From Bacteroidales bacterium UBA4070 (GTDB taxonomy: Bacteria > Bacteroidota > Bacteroidia > Bacteroidales > VadinHA17), in the NCBI GenBank assembly GCA_002383485.1, contig DFYY01000013.1, forward strand, positions 40,270 through 104,269: DNA of 64,000 nucleotides, in the 5' to 3' direction. Both the position numbers and the translations under genes were made by a program. Positions 59,099-64,000 of this stretch are shown one piece after another; positions within the stretch are counted from its first letter, which is position 1; each line of letters opens with the position of its first letter. The notes under the pieces are model-generated. The model ran no database searches, had not been told where the DNA came from, and worked only from the letters and a program-made list of their open reading frames with translations.

Positions 59099-60955
59099 TC
59101 AGTTAACTTTTATGACACGCAATAGCGACAGCGGATAACCGTCAGTGGTCTTCACCAGCAGCATGTAACTACCGGCAGCCAGACGACTGAGGTCCGGATT
59201 CTCTGACCTGCCAATGGTCATCACAAGGGCTCCGGTGACAGATATCACGTCAATCAGGTAGTCATCAGGAGCATCCTCAGAAGGAACGATGGTTACATAA
59301 CCGTCAGCAGGGTTCGGATAGATTGAGAATAAATCATTGATCAGTGTGCCGTTCTCTGCCGAGGTCTGTGTCCCGCTGCCCTTCATAACCGGGCGCATCA
59401 TCACAGTGCCCGGCACCTGGCTTTCCTGCCAGCTGCCGCTCAGTGAAAAATACTGTCTTCCGTCACTGGGAGTGTTGAGATCGAGTCCTGCATTAAGGAA
59501 TGCTTCGGTCTCCTGCCTCCAGCCGATCCAGAATGCATCTGTAACCTTGACGGGTTCAGCAAAGGAGTATGTTACAAACCCGTTTATCCCTGTTCCGGGG
59601 GTGGCAACCGGGCTGTCGCTGCTGCCCAGCAGTATCCCGGGTCGGCCGTTGTCATCGGCCCAAACCATGATTTCAAATCCCCGCTGGTTGGCGTTATCAT
59701 AGGCATCATTGAAGCAGATGCTGATACCGGTGACAGAGTCGGGAATGAATGACCTGAACCTGAGCGCTGCCATCGCATTGCGTGAACCCTGGCCATTGAT
59801 ACCGTAACCAGCCTCAGCCGAACCGTCGTCAATGGCAAAATAATCAGAGAAGCGCTGAATATACTTCAGCGTGTCATTCTTTTTGGGATCGAAATCGTCA
59901 GTGATCAGAGACAGGGTCACCATAAACTGCGCAGTGTCAGGAGAGGAGGCAGTATTGTATGTATAGAGCAAAGGTGCTTCATAGAGGACGTCTGTCAGCG
60001 GGACGGCATTTGACGCTCCCGCGTCGAAGTCACGCACGACGGCGCCGTTTGACATATCCCTGATTGTGACGTGTCTTGTGACGTTACGTACTATTGTGTC
60101 ATTGTTACGGTAGTTGATGGCTGCCGTCGGGCTCATGGCAGAGAGATAGGCCTGCCGGAAGTGGCGCCAGGGGATGGCCTCGTACTCTTTCACAAGGGAT
60201 CGCAGAGGCAGGGTCATTGCCACATCGTGTATCACCGTATCATGAACTGACCGTCCTTTGTCCAGCAGAATATGGTCAAGGTTCCACAGGTCAGCGTTGC
60301 CTGCCTGTGAGGGTTCGGAGAGCACTGCTGCCAGGGAGGCATATCCTGTAAACATAAAGCGGAAGCCGGTCACCAGAAATCTGGGGTCGGTGATGGGCAG
60401 GATCACCCTGCAAAATCCGTCTGTGGCTTCTCCGGTTGCCTGCCAGATGCTGTACCACTTCTCCTCGACAGGTGCCCAGAAGCTGAGCGTCAGGCTGTCA
60501 CCCTCTTCGGGCAGGTCGGATATGCCGCCCGCCTCATAGAGGAAACTAAGGAATATGCTGTCCGAGGGCTGATAAGAGAGGTCAATGGTACGCGATGTGA
60601 GACGGTCAGCTGCAAATACTGCTTGTGAGGCGTCATCATAAAGATGACCGTTCTGGTCAAGACAGTCCAGGGTGGCAATCCCCGCCGACGGCTGCCTGAC
60701 AGAAAAGGTGTTATTGATATATACCTGTAAATCAGACCATCGTGCTGTTGAGGGATAAAGGGCGACGTCAGAGAAATCGTCACTGAAGGGTAGCGCTACC
60801 GGCTCTTCTGCCGTGCCTGCCTTGAGCACGGAGCGCGAGGGTGCCGAACCGCCGAGTTGCCTGTTGGACAGCAGTCCTGTAACGACTTCCTGTGCTGAGG
60901 CATCGAGTGCAATCAGCGCGGCAAGAACCAGGTATGTAGCCTTTGGAATATTCAT
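59099..60955 (-). CDS. T9SS type A sorting-domain protein
   Basis: Signal peptide ends ASA-Q; LPFSDDFS motif; C-terminal FSIYPNPADGYVTI...DLSRLAAGSYML CTD. Confidence 0.88.
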   Translation of the reverse strand: MNIPKATYLVLAALIALDASAQEVVTGLLSNRQLGGSAPSRSVLKAGTAEEPVALPFSDDFSDVALYPSTARWSDLQVYINNTFSVRQPSAGIATLDCLDQNGHLYDDASQAVFAADRLTSRTIDLSYQPSDSIFLSFLYEAGGISDLPEEGDSLTLSFWAPVEEKWYSIWQATGEATDGFCRVILPITDPRFLVTGFRFMFTGYASLAAVLSEPSQAGNADLWNLDHILLDKGRSVHDTVIHDVAMTLPLRSLVKEYEAIPWRHFRQAYLSAMSPTAAINYRNNDTIVRNVTRHVTIRDMSNGAVVRDFDAGASNAVPLTDVLYEAPLLYTYNTASSPDTAQFMVTLSLITDDFDPKKNDTLKYIQRFSDYFAIDDGSAEAGYGINGQGSRNAMAALRFRSFIPDSVTGISICFNDAYDNANQRGFEIMVWADDNGRPGILLGSSDSPVATPGTGINGFVTYSFAEPVKVTDAFWIGWRQETEAFLNAGLDLNTPSDGRQYFSLSGSWQESQVPGTVMMRPVMKGSGTQTSAENGTLINDLFSIYPNPADGYVTIVPSEDAPDDYLIDVISVTGALVMTIGRSENPDLSRLAAGSYMLLVKTTDGYPLSLLRVIKVN

Positions 60956-60957
60956 TT

Positions 60958-61815
60958 TCAAAGAGATGGTTCATTTTCCGGCGGTCCGGATTCATCTTCC
61001 GTCATGAGGGTGTCAGCGACTGAGGTTTCGTCAGGGATCTTGAGGGTGTCAGTTGTGAGCCAGATATATACTGCCGAGCCGAGCTGCACTGTTGCATCGC
61101 GGCGGTATTCGGGATTCTGCTTATAGACGAATGCCCGGAGGGAGTCATCCGTTGTTCTCACCGTGCTATCGAAGACGTAGGCGCCAAGGTTCAGTGATGC
61201 TCCAAGGATCTCGTTCCTTGCCTGATCGAGAGTGGCGCCTGTCAGCCTTGGGATACCGGTTCGCTGGCTGCTCAGGCCACGCCCAAGTACCAGGTCAACA
61301 ACCATGCCTTTCTGCACTGAGTCACCGGGTGACACCTCCCGGCCATGAATGGTCTGCCTGAGGACAAAGTCAACCGTCAGGTCAGGGATATAGTTGAGCT
61401 GTCCAACCTTCAGTCCGGAGGTTTCCAGGATTGAGAGCGCCTGGCGACGGGGTAGCCCTACCAGGTCAGGGACTGAAACCATCTCCGGATTAAAGGCGTT
61501 TATGGTGGCTTTTATTGTGCGTCCTTTCTTGACATGATGGCCCGGAAGAGGTATCTGTTCTGCTATGCATCCACGCGGTACGAGAGTGGTATAGACAGAG
61601 TCGATGACCTGCAGCTTCATCCTGTTTTTGCCGGCGACATGTTCAGCCTCAGAGATGGAGAGACCCCGGATCTCAGGAGTAGGTCTTGACTGGCCGTGAC
61701 GGGTATAGATGTTCAGCCAGATAATGAGGATAAGTATGATGGCAACGCCGATGACCATTGCCAGTCCAACCTGTTTCCAGAATAGCCGGCTTTTCAAAAA
61801 TTCCTTGACGCTCAT
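60958..61815 (-). CDS. PASTA-domain membrane protein
   Basis: N-terminal TM, YTRHGQS, three PASTA-like repeats (TPEIRGLS, VPDLVGLP, IPRLTGAT); upstream TATCTTTG box (61850-61857, minus strand). Confidence 0.9.
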   Translation of the reverse strand: MSVKEFLKSRLFWKQVGLAMVIGVAIILILIIWLNIYTRHGQSRPTPEIRGLSISEAEHVAGKNRMKLQVIDSVYTTLVPRGCIAEQIPLPGHHVKKGRTIKATINAFNPEMVSVPDLVGLPRRQALSILETSGLKVGQLNYIPDLTVDFVLRQTIHGREVSPGDSVQKGMVVDLVLGRGLSSQRTGIPRLTGATLDQARNEILGASLNLGAYVFDSTVRTTDDSLRAFVYKQNPEYRRDATVQLGSAVYIWLTTDTLKIPDETSVADTLMTEDESGPPENEPSL

Positions 61816-61884
61816 CGTATGATGAAGTATTAGATTGTTAACGCAGCCTCAAAGATAAAATTTTATTGCGTGCAGAAGGGATTT

Positions 61885-62994
61885 CTACCATTCCTTCACA
61901 GGACGGTAGTTGGTATCCCGCTCCACGGGTCTGAAGCCTGCTGAGCGGATCATTGCTACCAGCTCCGTGGTTGAGAGGGAGGGATTGCTCTCATCCGAGC
62001 CTGCCATGGAGTATATCCTTGTTGTGTCGTCAATAGTTCCGTCGAGGTCATCTGCTCCGAAGGCAAGGCTCATGAGAGCTGCATTCTTGCCGATGGCGGG
62101 CCAGTATGCCTTCAGATGGTTGAAATTGTCGAGGAATATCCTGGAAAGGGCGTAATTGCGCATGTCCTCTGTAACCGGCACCTCTCCGAGCTCTGACATG
62201 CGGTTGTTTTCGCTCCTGAATTTCAAGGGGATAAAAGCATTGAAACCTCCGGTGCGGTCCTGCAGATCCCTGAGCCTGAGCATGTGGTCAATGCGATGCA
62301 TGGGACTCTCGGCATGTCCGTAGAGCATTGTAGCGTTGGAGGTGAGTCCCAGGTTATGTGCAGCCTCATGGATGGCCAGGTATGTTTCGGCGTCAGCCTT
62401 CTCCGGGCAGATCCGGCGTCTGAGTACAGGATCAAAAATCTCCGCGCCGCCTCCGGGGATGGAGTCAAGCCCGTATTCCTGCAACAACCTGATCCCGTCT
62501 GTCCAGGTCATGCCTTCCCTTCTTATCATGTATGCCAGCTCCACGGCTGAGAAGGCCTTGATGCTGATATCCGGCCTTGCCTTCCTGATGGCTGCCAGCA
62601 TCCGCCCGTAATAGTGGATGTCACGCGAGGGATGCACTCCGCCGGTAATATGCACCTCTGTAACCGGGACGCCATCAAAGCGTTTTACAATATCAAGTAT
62701 TTCGTTTTCAGTAAGTTCCCAGCTTTCGGGATCACCTTCCGGCTTGTGGTATGAACAGAAACGGCAGTTATAGAGGCAGATGTTGGTAGGCTCAATATGG
62801 AAGTTACGGTTGAAGAATACGGCATCGCCGCTCTTCATTCTCTTTACAGAAGAAGCCAGCAGAGCCATGAGTGACAGGTCGGCACTGCTGTAGAGGGTGA
62901 GTGCCTCTTCGGGGCTGAGACGCCGTCCGTCAAGGACAGCCAGTGCTATCTCCTTCACTTCGGCCGGAGCAGTTCTGAGTATAAGGTCTCTCAT
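61885..62994 (-). CDS. mqnE: Radical SAM aminofutalosine synthase-like protein
   Basis: HIEPTNICLYNCRFCSY (CxxxCxxC), IKAFSAVEL, IPGGGAEIF, NATMLYGH, HLKAYWP, DDLDGT; AFSAVE/KAYW features favour MqnE over MqnC/CofH. Confidence 0.8.
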   Translation of the reverse strand: MRDLILRTAPAEVKEIALAVLDGRRLSPEEALTLYSSADLSLMALLASSVKRMKSGDAVFFNRNFHIEPTNICLYNCRFCSYHKPEGDPESWELTENEILDIVKRFDGVPVTEVHITGGVHPSRDIHYYGRMLAAIRKARPDISIKAFSAVELAYMIRREGMTWTDGIRLLQEYGLDSIPGGGAEIFDPVLRRRICPEKADAETYLAIHEAAHNLGLTSNATMLYGHAESPMHRIDHMLRLRDLQDRTGGFNAFIPLKFRSENNRMSELGEVPVTEDMRNYALSRIFLDNFNHLKAYWPAIGKNAALMSLAFGADDLDGTIDDTTRIYSMAGSDESNPSLSTTELVAMIRSAGFRPVERDTNYRPVKEW

Positions 62995-63040
62995 AGCAGG
63001 AAATATCTGTAAAATTAAGTGACAGTGTTTTAACAGAAAT

Positions 63041-63071
63041 AAAAAACCGCCTTAATTGTTCATTAAGACGG
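63041..63071 (-). terminator. Intrinsic terminator downstream of rpmH
   Basis: Minus strand CCGTCTTAAT-GAACA-ATTAAGGCGG-TTTTTT, with one G-U pair valid only on the minus strand. Confidence 0.85.
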
Positions 63072-63095
63072 CAGTTTTTATGGTCTGTCAGCCTA

Positions 63096-63254
63096 TCAGT
63101 CCTTATGACCAAGCTCGTCAGAAACGGTCAGTTTCTTTCTTCCTTTGGCCCTGCGGGCGGCCAGAACGCGCCTGCCGTTGGGAGTTGACATTCTCTTCCT
63201 GAAGCCGTGAGTGTTCGTCCTTCTCTTTCTCGATGGCTGAAATGTCCTTTTCAT
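63096..63254 (-). CDS. rpmH: 50S ribosomal protein L34
   Basis: MKRTFQPS...[27 protein letters not shown]; upstream TACCTTTG box (63297-63304, minus strand). Confidence 0.98.
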   Translation of the reverse strand: MKRTFQPSRKRRTNTHGFRKRMSTPNGRRVLAARRAKGRKKLTVSDELGHKD

Positions 63255-63412
63255 CTGTTCCTGTATTTCGTTGTTTACTACCCTTTTTTGAGACTGCAAA
63301 GGTAGCTATTTTTTCAAAAAAAGAATTATTCGGCTCTTTTTTTTTAATCAGGCAGATATGCCATCCACATTGATAGCCTTCAGGCGGGCCCTCTTCCGGA
63401 GAGATTATCCCG

Positions 63413-64000
63413 TCAGAGAGGCAGCCAGATAATCTTTTTTGTTTCGAAGTAGGGTTCTTCAAACAGGGTGCTGATTGCTGTCACCTCCGCCGAGGCCCTG
63501 AAGGGAGCAAGCTCCTGCGCAAGATCGCCGCCCTTGAGCAGGATCCATCCGTTCTTCTTTACATTGAATGATTTTGCCGAGACCAGGTGCCTGGTCAGTT
63601 TTACGAACTGAGCGGTCTCCGTCACAGCCCTCCCGATGATGAAATCATAGCTTCCCCGGAGGTTTTCGGAGCGGGCTGTGATTGACCGTACATTGGTCAG
63701 CCCGGTTTCGGAGACAATTGCATCTACCACCTTTATCTTCTTAGCAATTGAGTCGACCAGTGTGAAGCCAACCTCAGGGAAGAGGATCGCCAGGGGAATA
63801 CCGGGAAGGCCGCCACCGGTGCCCACGTCAATCACCTTAGTCCCGGGAAGAAAACTGATAAACCGTGCAATGGCCAGCGAGTGAAGCAGGTGATTTACTT
63901 CAAAGTTTTCGATATCCTTCCGGGAAACAACATTGATGCGGTCATTCCACTCCCGGTAGAGTGCAGGCAGCTGTTCAAACCGAAGCCGCTGCTCAGGGGA
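63413..64000 (-). CDS. rsmG: 16S rRNA m7G527 methyltransferase, 5' end outside the window
   Basis: Frame is open to the edge: ...EWNDRINVVSRKD...HLLHSLA...DVGTGGGLPGIPLAI, LVDSIAKK, GRAVT, LKGG. Confidence 0.95.
   Translation of the reverse strand, partial: SPEQRLRFEQLPALYREWNDRINVVSRKDIENFEVNHLLHSLAIARFISFLPGTKVIDVGTGGGLPGIPLAILFPEVGFTLVDSIAKKIKVVDAIVSETGLTNVRSITARSENLRGSYDFIIGRAVTETAQFVKLTRHLVSAKSFNVKKNGWILLKGGDLAQELAPFRASAEVTAISTLFEEPYFETKKIIWLPL

Overview
A 64-kb chromosomal window from a Bacteroidota (Bacteroidales-like) genome, judged from SusC/SusD, a T9SS C-terminal domain, TAnnTTTG-type -7 promoter boxes and no Shine-Dalgarno signals. Bases ~1.5-26.7 kb are a complete L-arabinose/arabinan utilization locus: SSS transporter, araA, NrtR-type araR, araD, araB, two GH127, an Ig-domain surface lipoprotein, SusC, SusD, two GH43, two GH51 and an aldose 1-epimerase. 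Next come a Gfo/Idh/MocA + DUF1080 pair, a DUF5695-like secreted protein, GH3, a CDF transporter and GH2, then housekeeping genes (rsmF-like, fhs, mobA-like, elbB, pcm, gcvP, ddl, lemA/TPM, rluD, PASTA, mqnE, rpmH, rsmG). No rRNA, tRNA, CRISPR array, transposase or integrase was seen. Main leads: (1) a palindrome AAGTGTA-N5-TACACTT recurs upstream of the ara operon and the susCD cassette, and also upstream of the uncharacterised DUF5695-like gene and inside a small promoter-terminator unit at 36.5 kb; (2) a four-helix-bundle gene is bracketed by inverted heptamer arrays, and an apparent gene-less copy of the same arms lies at 44.9 kb; (3) several strand-specific hairpins and repeat clusters; (4) a mobA-like gene that seems to need a non-canonical CTG start. 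Family assignments come from motif recognition by eye, not database searches.
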